DNA of 64,000 nt. It comes from Epithemia pelagica. Taxonomy: Eukaryota > Protista > Bacillariophyta. Location of the stretch: contig OX337229.1 of NCBI GenBank assembly GCA_946965045.2, positions 4,216,001-4,280,000 of the forward strand, read 5' to 3'. Made by a program: the position numbers and the translations under genes. Numbering within the stretch: the first letter of the stretch is position 1; every line of letters begins with the position of its first letter. Below the pieces are notes generated by a model, which saw nothing but the letters and a program-made list of their open reading frames with translations, did no database searches and had not been told where the DNA came from. Of this stretch, positions 19,495-28,567 are shown one piece after another.

Positions 19495-21663
19495 TTACCA
19501 CCCAAGTGCCAATTCAAGAATAACGCGTCGAAAAAAGGGAATCGACACAGTAACCGTGGCAGCAGATGCGGTCAATGCCATGGCAATGGCCGCAAAGGGA
19601 AAGGCATCGGGTTCATCGGCAATGGCGGCTGTACCCAAACCATGAGCGGCAGCTCCCATACCCATGCCACGAGCGACGGGGTTGCGAATGCCCAGAGCAT
19701 TGAAAATGGCGGCTCCAAAATTAGCCCCAATCAAGCCGGTGACCACAACCATGGACACGGCCATACTCACATTGGCGCCCAAGATGCGGGCAATCGCCAT
19801 GGCCAGAGGGGAGGTAATGTTTCGAGATAACAATGCCAATCGTAAAGTTGGGTCACCAATTTCCAACCATCGAACCAAGGCCGCAGTGCCAAATACACCA
19901 CCCACGGTCGAAGTTGCAATGGCAGCCCCTACTTCGCCAATATTGTCGCGCATCAACTTACGTCGTTCATACATGGAAACGGCCAAAGACACCACAGCCG
20001 GTCCCAAACAATACAAGAGTACCTGTCCCGCTCCAACAGCAAACGGCAGAGGAGAGAGTGTTGAGGTCGATCCAGATCGGTACAATCTCAAGACAGACTG
20101 AAAGGAGGACATGCCTGTCAAGAGACAAAAGGTTGCCAAAGTCGTCCATGTGATGGCCGTACAGGTCAAGAGGGGATGGATCCATTTGGTAATTTGTTTA
20201 GGCAATCGAGTTCCATAAACAAAGGAACTCAGCGTGGTACACAAGAAGAAGAGTGTTGTAGTTGCGGGTGTCACGAAGGACCATTGTAACCAGGAGGACA
20301 GCGTGGCTGTGGATCCAAAAATGGTACTCAGGGATACCAGGATATAAAACACTTGGTTCGAAAAAGGACCCCTTTGGGTTACCAGAGAGGTTGTCGCGTT
20401 GGTTGTAGTAGTGACAATCGCCGATGATTCGGCTGCCGTCGCGTTGACTGTTGATGGTTGGGTTGCATCAGCATCAGATTCTACCTCTGCAGTTGCCTCG
20501 AGCAATTCCGTCTCTGTTTCGTTATCATCCGCGACTTTGTTGGTCGCATCGTCTGGTGGCAACGTTTCGTCGAGGTCGGTTTTCGTTTCGTTGTCATTGC
20601 CTTCTTCTTCTTCTTCTTCCCCCTCCTCCTTAGCTTCTTCAATTTCGGCGTCAATCACAGAGGGGGTTGTTGATGAGGAGGAAACCGATTCTACGACCGT
20701 CGCATTCGCACTATCGCTTTTGCGGCCAGATGAATCCAACAGTGTCCCAACTTGTCGGACACAGACCACTGAGAGTGCCGTCGACAGTAGGGTAAAGAAA
20801 AATCCACCCACAACAACTGTCCCCACCTTGATCCATTCCAACAGCGACCCTCCTCCACCCCCTCCGCCAGAAGCCAACGGCAGGGTGACCAAGGAGGGGA
20901 CGAAAAAGACTGGCAACCATTTGGCCAACAGGGCCGCACCGGGTTGCAATGAGGCAAAAACTTGGCTAGCCGTTTCTGGTTGCACTAGCAACAAGTACAG
21001 AAACAAGGCTCCACATCCTGCTAAACTGCTGGGAAAGGTGAATTGTAAAATGGTAAACAATCGCTTAAAGACATAATCCAAAGCAAACAAGAGCAAAGCT
21101 GAAACGATTGGAAATTTCGTTACTCGATGTAGTAACGACGAGGAGGATGACGACGATGATGAAACCAACGACGAAGAGGATAGCTGAAGCACTGAAGTTG
21201 ATTGAGATTTCGTTCTCGATGCCAAGACACGGGATCCGGCCGCCGACGACCGCAACCATGGCCGCATGGCCAAAAGTCGACTGGGAATCATCCTTGTAGC
21301 AATCGTATTCGCGACATGGCATGATGATGGCGGTGCGAGTCGTCTTTGATCTTGCCTTCGCCCTTGTTCAATGTATGGTTGTTTTGCGTTTCTGGAAAAC
21401 AAGGAAGTGCGCCCTATTTCATCATCGGATGGTACTTTTGGTTGTACTCGTTTCTGGCCTTGTTGCAAAGGCTGTTGGTGGTACGGGTGTCGTTGCGAAT
21501 GAATTGTTGTCCTGGTAGGAGCAAAGGCCATCGAGACGCATGATGGCGAAGAAGAGGATGATATCAGGGCGGTGATTGTCACCACCACTAGGCACACTAG
21601 AAACAAACCCTCGACTCTCTTCCCATACAAACAACCATGCTCCCTCTTACTGCTCTGGACCAT
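19495..21663 (-). CDS. PLGG1: Plastid LrgA/LrgB-fusion transporter (PLGG1-like glycolate/glycerate translocator)
   Basis: Signal peptide ending ...CVSMAFAP (diatom ASAFAP-type), then a transit peptide. LrgA-like FPSSLAGCGALF...LAKWLPVFFVPSLV and LrgB-like GPAVVSLAVSMY...LSRNITSPLAMAIA...ARGMGMGAAAHGLGTAA segments are separated by an acidic linker. Confidence 0.9.
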   Translation of the reverse strand: MVQSSKREHGCLYGKRVEGLFLVCLVVVTITALISSSSSPSCVSMAFAPTRTTIHSQRHPYHQQPLQQGQKRVQPKVPSDDEIGRTSLFSRNAKQPYIEQGRRQDQRRLAPPSSCHVANTIATRMIPSRLLAMRPWLRSSAAGSRVLASRTKSQSTSVLQLSSSSLVSSSSSSSSSLLHRVTKFPIVSALLLFALDYVFKRLFTILQFTFPSSLAGCGALFLYLLLVQPETASQVFASLQPGAALLAKWLPVFFVPSLVTLPLASGGGGGGGSLLEWIKVGTVVVGGFFFTLLSTALSVVCVRQVGTLLDSSGRKSDSANATVVESVSSSSTTPSVIDAEIEEAKEEGEEEEEEGNDNETKTDLDETLPPDDATNKVADDNETETELLEATAEVESDADATQPSTVNATAAESSAIVTTTTNATTSLVTQRGPFSNQVFYILVSLSTIFGSTATLSSWLQWSFVTPATTTLFFLCTTLSSFVYGTRLPKQITKWIHPLLTCTAITWTTLATFCLLTGMSSFQSVLRLYRSGSTSTLSPLPFAVGAGQVLLYCLGPAVVSLAVSMYERRKLMRDNIGEVGAAIATSTVGGVFGTAALVRWLEIGDPTLRLALLSRNITSPLAMAIARILGANVSMAVSMVVVTGLIGANFGAAIFNALGIRNPVARGMGMGAAAHGLGTAAIADEPDAFPFAAIAMALTASAATVTVSIPFFRRVILELALGW

Positions 21664-22180
21664 CCTTCTTGTCTAGCAGGTGATTGATCGCTCCGTGGTC
21701 GGGAAGTGTTCGATCACACTTGGCTATAATATTTTCGCTTCTTCCTCGCTGCTGATGGACCGTAACACTTGCAATGTGTTGGGCCATGGAAAAGAGGTTG
21801 ATGTCAAGAGACGTGCGTTGATCAAAAAGATAGGCACCCCGAAAATTCTCTAAGGGGAAAGGAAAAGGGGCGTACTTCCGGATTCCATATCTTCCCCCTG
21901 CCCCCGAATGCGAGATAAGGATGCAGATTGCCACGAAGTTCTGTACGTATTCTCCATATCAGTGTACAGACTTTTATTCGGGCTTTTCTTGGAGCATCCA
22001 AACGCGAATCCGGAACAACGATCCAGCTTCCGGATCACCTGTTTCCGAGATGCGCACCCCCAACTCCCACCCCCTTCTAATGTCGACGATTGACGATGGA
22101 GAGGCACTATCCAGTGTCATAATTCGAGTCAGTGAGATCTCTCGGTCTCGGCCCTGCATAAGTTCAAACCCTAAATCACC

Positions 22181-23098
22181 ATGGCGAAACACGGTGGAAA
22201 CTTTTGGAAGATATTGTTGTGCGCCTTTGGCGTTAGCGCTATGGTTGTCATGTACAATTCTTGGGCCCATTCGAAGCGACGAGATGCCATGGAAAAGGCG
22301 GAGGCATACCATTTCTTTTCCGAAATGAACAAAGGACACGAGTCCGCAGCTGTTGCCCCCGCGGACTCCAAGTTGGAGGGTTGGGAAGCTCTGGTTGGTT
22401 TCTGGCAGGGGACACTGGCAGATGAACTTCGCCTCATTTATCGCGTAACTTCGAAGCCCGGTCAAGTCTACTTGTATAGCTTGGACCAGCTGGGCTACAT
22501 GGTGGGAGCCTCTTCAACCTTTTATGATTCCCAACAGGGAGATCTTGCTTTCTGGTTCTCCTCTATTGACGGGGTCCACCGTGCCAAGCTCGATTCTAGC
22601 GGCAACCGCATTGAAGGAGTTTTTATGCAAGACAACAGCAAGTTACCCCTCGAAATGGTTCGGTTCGTGCCTACCAAAGAGCACACGGTTCCTCGAGAAT
22701 ATGAATTTGTTCTGAACAAAATCATGAGTGGCGATGTTGAAAAGCTTGTCAGCATGGAGGGTTACTGGCACGGTTACCTTGATGATAGTTTTGATGAGGA
22801 TGAGGAGGAACCGCCTGAGCTTGTGATCATGGAAATGGAAAAGATCACTGAAACCCTCGTGGAACCCAAACTTTTCTTGCCCGATGAGACCCCCTTGCCC
22901 ATTTGTCTTCGCAGCGTTGTGGTAGAAGGAGCCGCTGTCAAAATTGTCTTGGATGACAACCACAACAATGCCATTTTTAAGGGCCTTCTCGACGAAGAAC
23001 AAACCCACATTTCAGGTACTGTCCAATACGATGATGTGGATTTCACCCCTGCGTTGACGTTGGTCAAGTCCAAGAATCGCCCCTACAAGAACCAGTAA
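22181..23098 (+). CDS. Membrane-anchored hypothetical protein with two tandem beta-rich repeats
   Basis: N-terminal hydrophobic anchor (ILLCAFGVSAMVVMY). Two internally similar ~100-aa units begin GFWQGTL and GYWHGYL. Confidence 0.75.
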   Translation: MAKHGGNFWKILLCAFGVSAMVVMYNSWAHSKRRDAMEKAEAYHFFSEMNKGHESAAVAPADSKLEGWEALVGFWQGTLADELRLIYRVTSKPGQVYLYSLDQLGYMVGASSTFYDSQQGDLAFWFSSIDGVHRAKLDSSGNRIEGVFMQDNSKLPLEMVRFVPTKEHTVPREYEFVLNKIMSGDVEKLVSMEGYWHGYLDDSFDEDEEEPPELVIMEMEKITETLVEPKLFLPDETPLPICLRSVVVEGAAVKIVLDDNHNNAIFKGLLDEEQTHISGTVQYDDVDFTPALTLVKSKNRPYKNQ

Positions 23099-23566
23099 GC
23101 AAGTAAAATATTCTCTTAGTAGTATTGCAATTGTTGTTACGTTTTGGAATGTACGAGGAGAGAGAAACTTCGTTTAGGCACGCGCTACAGAACAGAAGAT
23201 ATCATTTGCTACTCAAGTATTGTGATTGCCTAGTCATGACAGGATGTTGATTGATGGTTTCATTGTTTAACAGGATTCTCATGACTTGATACCCAGGATT
23301 TGCGCAAGGCAACAACAACTATGGTATAGGAGTGTAACTATTATCTATGGCGGTGAGATGTAGGAGTAAGTAGGAGTAGAGCAGATAGCGCGAAATGACG
23401 ACCTAAACGCGAACAAGGGAGCACGTTGAAAATTGATTTGTGCTGCCAATGGCGACGGCGACAATGGCCTGAACTGTTGCGGTTGAGAAACAATGTGTTG
23501 AACGGTTCATAAGACAAGTTGTTCGAGGTGGCTGTCGACACTATCGTCCGACATACATCCCGCCTC

Positions 23567-24631
23567 ATGAATTCGAGCACATTACAAGGACGACAGAAAC
23601 AGGCTATTGTCGATCCACGAACAACAACATCGTCGTCGACTTTGTCCTTGGACGCATCTGTGGCCATTGTGGGAGCTGGATTTGCAGGTTTGGCCTTAGC
23701 CAATGTACTGAAACGAGAAGGTAACTCCTGTACTTTATTTGAATCCAAGACCGATCCGGTTCCTCGAACGGTGGGTCAAATCCAGTTACCCTTTGCACGA
23801 CAGTTGCTTGAACACTTGAATCTTTGTCATGGAGACACTAGGACCATTCCATTGCGCTCCCTAGACCAGTGCAACGAGAAGGGCTCATTCAATCAAGACG
23901 TCTACGAACAACACCTGTTTTTGCAACTCCTGCGAAACCAAGTTTCCATTGAGTATGGCTTTAGCGTGACGGACTTTGACGTGGTGATGGTGAATGAGAA
24001 TGGCCAGGCTCTGGCAAAGAATGGTGCAGCGGGTGTTAAACAGTCGGATCTGAGTTTACGCTCTTGGTTTTGCTTGCGAAACCGTGAAACTGGTCAGGAA
24101 TGGGGTCCCTTTCATACGTTAGTGGTTGCCGATGGATTATTGGGATCCTTTTCCACCGAACTCATTCGAGCTTGGACTCAACGCTTGAAGAACAATCTCA
24201 ATCTCAACACTATGAACCCATGGTTGCAGATTCAAACTGCGCTTATTGGTGATGCTCGATGGGCTCACCAACATGTTGGGTTTTGGGACTTCGGGCAACG
24301 GCGTCGACGTTTTGGAGGCAATGTAGCCTTGAGAGATGCCATGGAAGTGGCTACACTCCTTGCACAAGGCGCGTCTACAACAACGGGTGCTGTCACATGC
24401 TCTTCACAGCCGAGTGGAAGCACGTATGGCCAACAGCAGGAAAAGAAGCTCACTAGTCGTATTGGGTCGTTGTCGTTAGAAAAGTGGAACCATGTGATGG
24501 GCAAGTTTCATCCTCAATTCGTGGCGACTCAAATCCTCCAACGACGCCATCGACAACGACAATGGACCATCGGCCTAGTGTTGATCGTATTGGCTGTGTT
24601 GCTAGGAGGAAAAGCTCGCTCTCATTTTTAG
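23567..24631 (+). CDS. FAD-dependent oxidoreductase/monooxygenase-like protein with C-terminal TM anchor
   Basis: VAIVGAGFAGLALA...LFE dinucleotide fold, LVVADG and LIGDA motifs, FGGNVALRDA, and a hydrophobic C-terminus WTIGLVLIVLAVLL. Confidence 0.8.
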   Translation: MNSSTLQGRQKQAIVDPRTTTSSSTLSLDASVAIVGAGFAGLALANVLKREGNSCTLFESKTDPVPRTVGQIQLPFARQLLEHLNLCHGDTRTIPLRSLDQCNEKGSFNQDVYEQHLFLQLLRNQVSIEYGFSVTDFDVVMVNENGQALAKNGAAGVKQSDLSLRSWFCLRNRETGQEWGPFHTLVVADGLLGSFSTELIRAWTQRLKNNLNLNTMNPWLQIQTALIGDARWAHQHVGFWDFGQRRRRFGGNVALRDAMEVATLLAQGASTTTGAVTCSSQPSGSTYGQQQEKKLTSRIGSLSLEKWNHVMGKFHPQFVATQILQRRHRQRQWTIGLVLIVLAVLLGGKARSHF

Positions 24632-24885
24632 CTTTGTACAACTTTTTGTCTGCGTTCATGACCACAAGCGGTTGCTGGTTCCTTCAGTTTCTGTACAGGA
24701 TGGCTTTGTGGTGGTCTGTACTAAGGTCATTTCCTGGTGGCACTTTTGTTCGTACATTCTCATCATGATCAAGCCCTCTAGCTCTCGAGGCAACCGATAC
24801 CGATAGCTTACCTATTGCTATGATTGCTATGTATGGGGACAGGATTCTGGAGAACTTTGTGTCACTACCGAGCGGCCCAATATTT

Positions 24886-25389
24886 CAATCCGCCTGCCCT
24901 CGGCGAATTGCTTGCTAACGCTGCAGTCCTTTGGTAGCTTTAGGGAAAGACTCCGCTGGTTGGTTGTGGCTTCTGATGACTAGGAGTCATCGGGAGCCTG
25001 CCAACAGCGGAAACGCTGAGGAGTAGATCATCGGGATCTAACCCTCTAGCGTCTGCACCGGGAGGGAGTGGTGGGACCAACAGCAAACTTGATAGAGATT
25101 GCGTTGCTCCAAAAACTCTGAGCTCCATGGCTGCTGTTGGCAGACTCCTAGACATAGCTAGTGTGATCTAGCTAGACTACGTGTAGCTACCTGAGTGTCC
25201 TGTCGCTGACGCACACAATCCGCCTGCCCTCGGCGAATTGCTTGCTAACGCTGCAGTCCTTTGGTAGCTTTAGGGAAAGACTCCGCTGGTTGGTTGTGGC
25301 TTCTGATGACTAGGAGTCATCGGGAGCCTGCCAACAGCGGAAACGCTGAGGAGTAGATCATCGGGATCTAACCCTCTAGCGTCTGCACC
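24886..25389 (-). repeat. 3' terminal B1-A2-B2 repeat block of the YR retrotransposon
   Basis: 24886..25059 equals 25216..25389; 25076..25215 equals 33945..34084. Confidence 0.95.
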
Positions 25390-25506
25390 ACATGTCTTTG
25401 CCTTGACTAGCCACCACAGCTGACTGCGGAGTGTGAGGGAGTAGCCGATAGGACAATTGGAGGGCGTAGGACATGGGCACAAAGATACGGTTGCGGAAGA
25501 GGTGAG

Positions 25507-26511
25507 ATGAGTTCTGCAGCTCGGAGAACAGAAGAAAGCGAAACGACGGCTGAACAACTGGATCGTTTAAAAACAGTTGTCGAGGCACAACGCAAAGAAT
25601 TGCACGGCGCTTTAGGAGGAGTGGATATCGCGCAAACAGAGCTGGATAAGACTCGCGTGTTGCACGCCCAAGAGCGTCAACATTTGGAAGACGTGCATGG
25701 CGGAATACTTGCATCCAAAGAGGCGTCGGTGATTCAGACGCAGAAAAACGTGCGAGAGTTGGTGGGCGACCATCAAGCGGAGATCGATCGACTAGTGACC
25801 CGTGTGTGTGAGACTTTTGCGGAGGAGGGAGGAGACGGGGAAGACTTCGTGGAAATGGTGTTTCGACGAGCATCTCCAAGCAACAAGAAGGTCGTGGTGG
25901 CTCTGGAGCTGTTGTTTCCGCACCCGGAAGACCAAGAAGTCGTTTTCCACCAGATTTGTGGATTGGCCTTGGCTGGCGGACGGGAAAGGCCTTCTGCAGA
26001 GGAGGTTGTGGAACAAAAAGTGGCCGTTGTTCGTGAGTTGTTCGCGCAGAACTCTGCCCGCCGTGGATTGCCTGTGCCAGTTCCCGGAGGGAGAGCCGCG
26101 ACGGCTGCCGCAGCAGCCGACCGAAAAGATAAGAAACGCGAGGCGGGTAAAAAGAGGTCCGAAGGGAAAGGAGCTGGTGAAGCGTTTTCGAAGCGCGAGA
26201 AGCGTTCTTTGGAAGAGTGGTTGGGCCAACCGGGTTTCAGTACCCTACCCAAGAAGCAGCGCAAGGGCAGTACCCCTGTGAAGAGGGGCGCGAGTGTGTC
26301 GCCCAAGGAGAAAGGCCTGGGGTCGATCAAGGAAACTCTCACAAGGGAGAAATCGATTAAGGAAACTCCTACGAGGGAGAATACGGCGACTAGGGAAAAC
26401 ACGGCGACCGAGGACGAGCCGTTGTCGTGGAAGAAACATTTACCGGAAGTGGTTGTCCTGTCTGGCGATTCGTCGGGACGCGCGTCGAAGTTGGAATCAG
26501 ACAGTGAATGA
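25507..26511 (+). CDS. YR-element antisense accessory ORF A (334 aa, coiled coil + basic low-complexity tail)
   Basis: Long open frame with heptad-like N-terminus and a short tandem repeat (SIKET.TRE, NTATRE). Its stop overlaps the next ATG (ATGA at 26508-26511). Confidence 0.6.
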   Translation: MSSAARRTEESETTAEQLDRLKTVVEAQRKELHGALGGVDIAQTELDKTRVLHAQERQHLEDVHGGILASKEASVIQTQKNVRELVGDHQAEIDRLVTRVCETFAEEGGDGEDFVEMVFRRASPSNKKVVVALELLFPHPEDQEVVFHQICGLALAGGRERPSAEEVVEQKVAVVRELFAQNSARRGLPVPVPGGRAATAAAAADRKDKKREAGKKRSEGKGAGEAFSKREKRSLEEWLGQPGFSTLPKKQRKGSTPVKRGASVSPKEKGLGSIKETLTREKSIKETPTRENTATRENTATEDEPLSWKKHLPEVVVLSGDSSGRASKLESDSE

Positions 26512-27086
26512 AGATGGAGGAGATGGCCGAGTTGATTGACGAGCTGGATCAGATGGCGGATAGGCAGGCTCAAATGGCCGAGATCATGGGAGAGTTGGGA
26601 CGGATGGCCGAGAGGCAAGTGGAGATCTCTAGACGATTGCTTGAATTGAAGGAATTGGCGGAGAGGAGAGTGCAGCAGGCGATTAATATGGTGGCGGCAG
26701 CGAACGCAGCTGTGGCAGACGGAGGAGGAGGGGGGGAATGGGAGCCCGATGGAGTAGGAATGCGAGAGGGCACACCACGGGGCCGAGAGGAAGGGTCGAC
26801 GGCCCGTGGAGGAAGATGGGGATGGCGAGTGGCAAGCAAAGGGGTGGGTGGACCGAGTCCCCGTGGACGTACGAGTCCACGAGCACAAGGTGGATTTCGG
26901 GGTCGGCGGGCGAGCCGCGGATCGGAGGAGCGTTTCAAAGTTGGGGAGCGGGTTCGGATTCGAAACCCAAACGATCCCGCTGACCCAACTGGGCGGGTGG
27001 TGAAGGTAACAGACGCACGTATCCACGTGGAGACCGACAATGGCGTGCGTTATTCTCGAGCGGACAAGAACATAGCGAGGATTTAA
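26508..27086 (+). CDS. YR-element antisense accessory ORF B: coiled coil + RG-rich linker + KOW/SH3-like domain (192 aa)
   Basis: ELGRMAERQVEISRRLLEL and FKVGERVRIRNP...TGRVVKV...TDNG match Copia-1 ORF0. Confidence 0.75.
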   Translation: MKMEEMAELIDELDQMADRQAQMAEIMGELGRMAERQVEISRRLLELKELAERRVQQAINMVAAANAAVADGGGGGEWEPDGVGMREGTPRGREEGSTARGGRWGWRVASKGVGGPSPRGRTSPRAQGGFRGRRASRGSEERFKVGERVRIRNPNDPADPTGRVVKVTDARIHVETDNGVRYSRADKNIARI

Positions 27087-27154
27087 GGTTGGAGCGGACG
27101 AAATAGTGATACCATAACAGAATAGTGAGATACATTTGATGTGAATAGTGGTAG

Positions 27155-28567
27155 TTAAATATTTAGGACGCCCGCAATGGCCGCTTGACTATGAGGACCA
27201 ATTGCTTTCGAGCAGTCACGGAGGTAGTGTTTGATCGAGTCTTCTTGCCACCGGAGTCGGAAGGCAATTTGGGGGAGGGGAACTTGAACGTTCCACAACG
27301 CTACAGCGGCTGTGACGCGTGTAGAATGGGCGACAAGCAAGTGGGCGTGACGCCGGTGGTAATTATGAGGGTTTGGGTACGCCTCCAGGCAAGCTTGACG
27401 GAGGGCTTTGATGATATCGGCCGACCGAAGGTAGGCTATTTTCCCCGGTTTGACCTGATAGGAGGCGAGGGGCAGGTGGGCTCCGACTTGGAGGGAGAGG
27501 GAGCGGCGGGCAATTGAACAGGATGCGAGCACGGGACAGAGATATGAGTGGCCGGAACGACGGAAGATGCGTTTCGTGAAATTATGAGCGCTTTTGTCAT
27601 GCCGAAAGCGGATCTGGACTGCCGAGACGGTGTGTTCGTGTTTGGGGAGGGAAGCAAGTGGAAGCATGTCGTTTGCTTGAGTCAAGAAGACGAAGTCACT
27701 GGAGACAAAGGCAATAGGTTGATCGTTCCAGGATGGATCATTGGGACAATTGGGAACGGCCGCGAAGACAAACTTTGAGCCAGAGGTTTGGGCAAATTCA
27801 CTGGCACGGGAGCCGGTGAAGAGGCCAAGCCGGACCCAGTCGAAGAGAGTTGCGTCAAGTGACGAAGGAGGGGCCCCGACTGCACGGTAATAGAGCACGC
27901 TAAGGATGGCATCGGTGATGGGTTCCTTACGATCGCGTGGACGTTGCCAGCGACGATGAAATTGTAATGAGTCGGATAGCAGTGGGTGTAGCAGGGTTGA
28001 GTTGGTTGGGTTGGAGATGTTAACAGGGCGGTTGAGGGCAACCTGAAGGGCGGAATGGGCAGCAGTTACGTAAGATTGAATGGTATCTGCCGCTAGGTCG
28101 GACCTCCTGTAGTAGTTCTCGCCGTTTGTGACGTGATGTAGGTAAAGGTGGAGGATGTGTATGCATTCGTTATCGGTCAGGCGAGATAAAAGTTCGGGGG
28201 TGAGGTGATTGCGAGCGGACCATCGGGAAAAGTGAGCGCCTCGAGAGTCCAAAGTTCGATCATTCTTGTTCCTAGTTCGTCCTCGGTCCTGTTGAATTTG
28301 AAGCTTGTTAATATCACTGATAGCAACCTGGAGGGCACGCGGTAGGCGGTGGATGGGTCCAGCACTGGCTTGGACTGCTCGATAACGGAGGCCCAAGTGG
28401 GCGCAAGGGACGGGCGGGACAACAGGTCGGCATTGTGATTGAGCTCGCCCGCAATATGCGAGGCCTGTAATTGAACGGGAATAGGGGCAGATGTGAGCAT
28501 GGCTTGAAAAAGACGAGCAAGACGACGAATTGCGGGCCGCTTGGCACGGGCGGCATGGGAGAGCCAC
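27155..28567 (-). CDS. Tyrosine recombinase of the retrotransposon
   Basis: Catalytic set is present in order: GLFTGSRASE (R), RHDKS (K), AHSTR (HxxR), RLRW (W), IKHY (Y). Confidence 0.92.
   Translation of the reverse strand: MALPCRPCQAARNSSSCSSFSSHAHICPYSRSITGLAYCGRAQSQCRPVVPPVPCAHLGLRYRAVQASAGPIHRLPRALQVAISDINKLQIQQDRGRTRNKNDRTLDSRGAHFSRWSARNHLTPELLSRLTDNECIHILHLYLHHVTNGENYYRRSDLAADTIQSYVTAAHSALQVALNRPVNISNPTNSTLLHPLLSDSLQFHRRWQRPRDRKEPITDAILSVLYYRAVGAPPSSLDATLFDWVRLGLFTGSRASEFAQTSGSKFVFAAVPNCPNDPSWNDQPIAFVSSDFVFLTQANDMLPLASLPKHEHTVSAVQIRFRHDKSAHNFTKRIFRRSGHSYLCPVLASCSIARRSLSLQVGAHLPLASYQVKPGKIAYLRSADIIKALRQACLEAYPNPHNYHRRHAHLLVAHSTRVTAAVALWNVQVPLPQIAFRLRWQEDSIKHYLRDCSKAIGPHSQAAIAGVLNI

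Noticed and set aside
20399-21076. 225-aa plus-strand ORF
   Set aside because: Antisense shadow of the low-complexity linker of PLGG1.
24886-25389. Long direct repeats with a spacer, superficially CRISPR-like
   Set aside because: The units are 140-174 bp, present only twice each, and arranged exactly as the A1...B1-A2-B2 ends of a YR retrotransposon in a eukaryotic context.
25773-27040. Long minus-strand ORFs (417 aa, 156 aa)
   Set aside because: Ser/Pro-rich shadows of the plus-strand accessory ORFs, with no motifs of their own.
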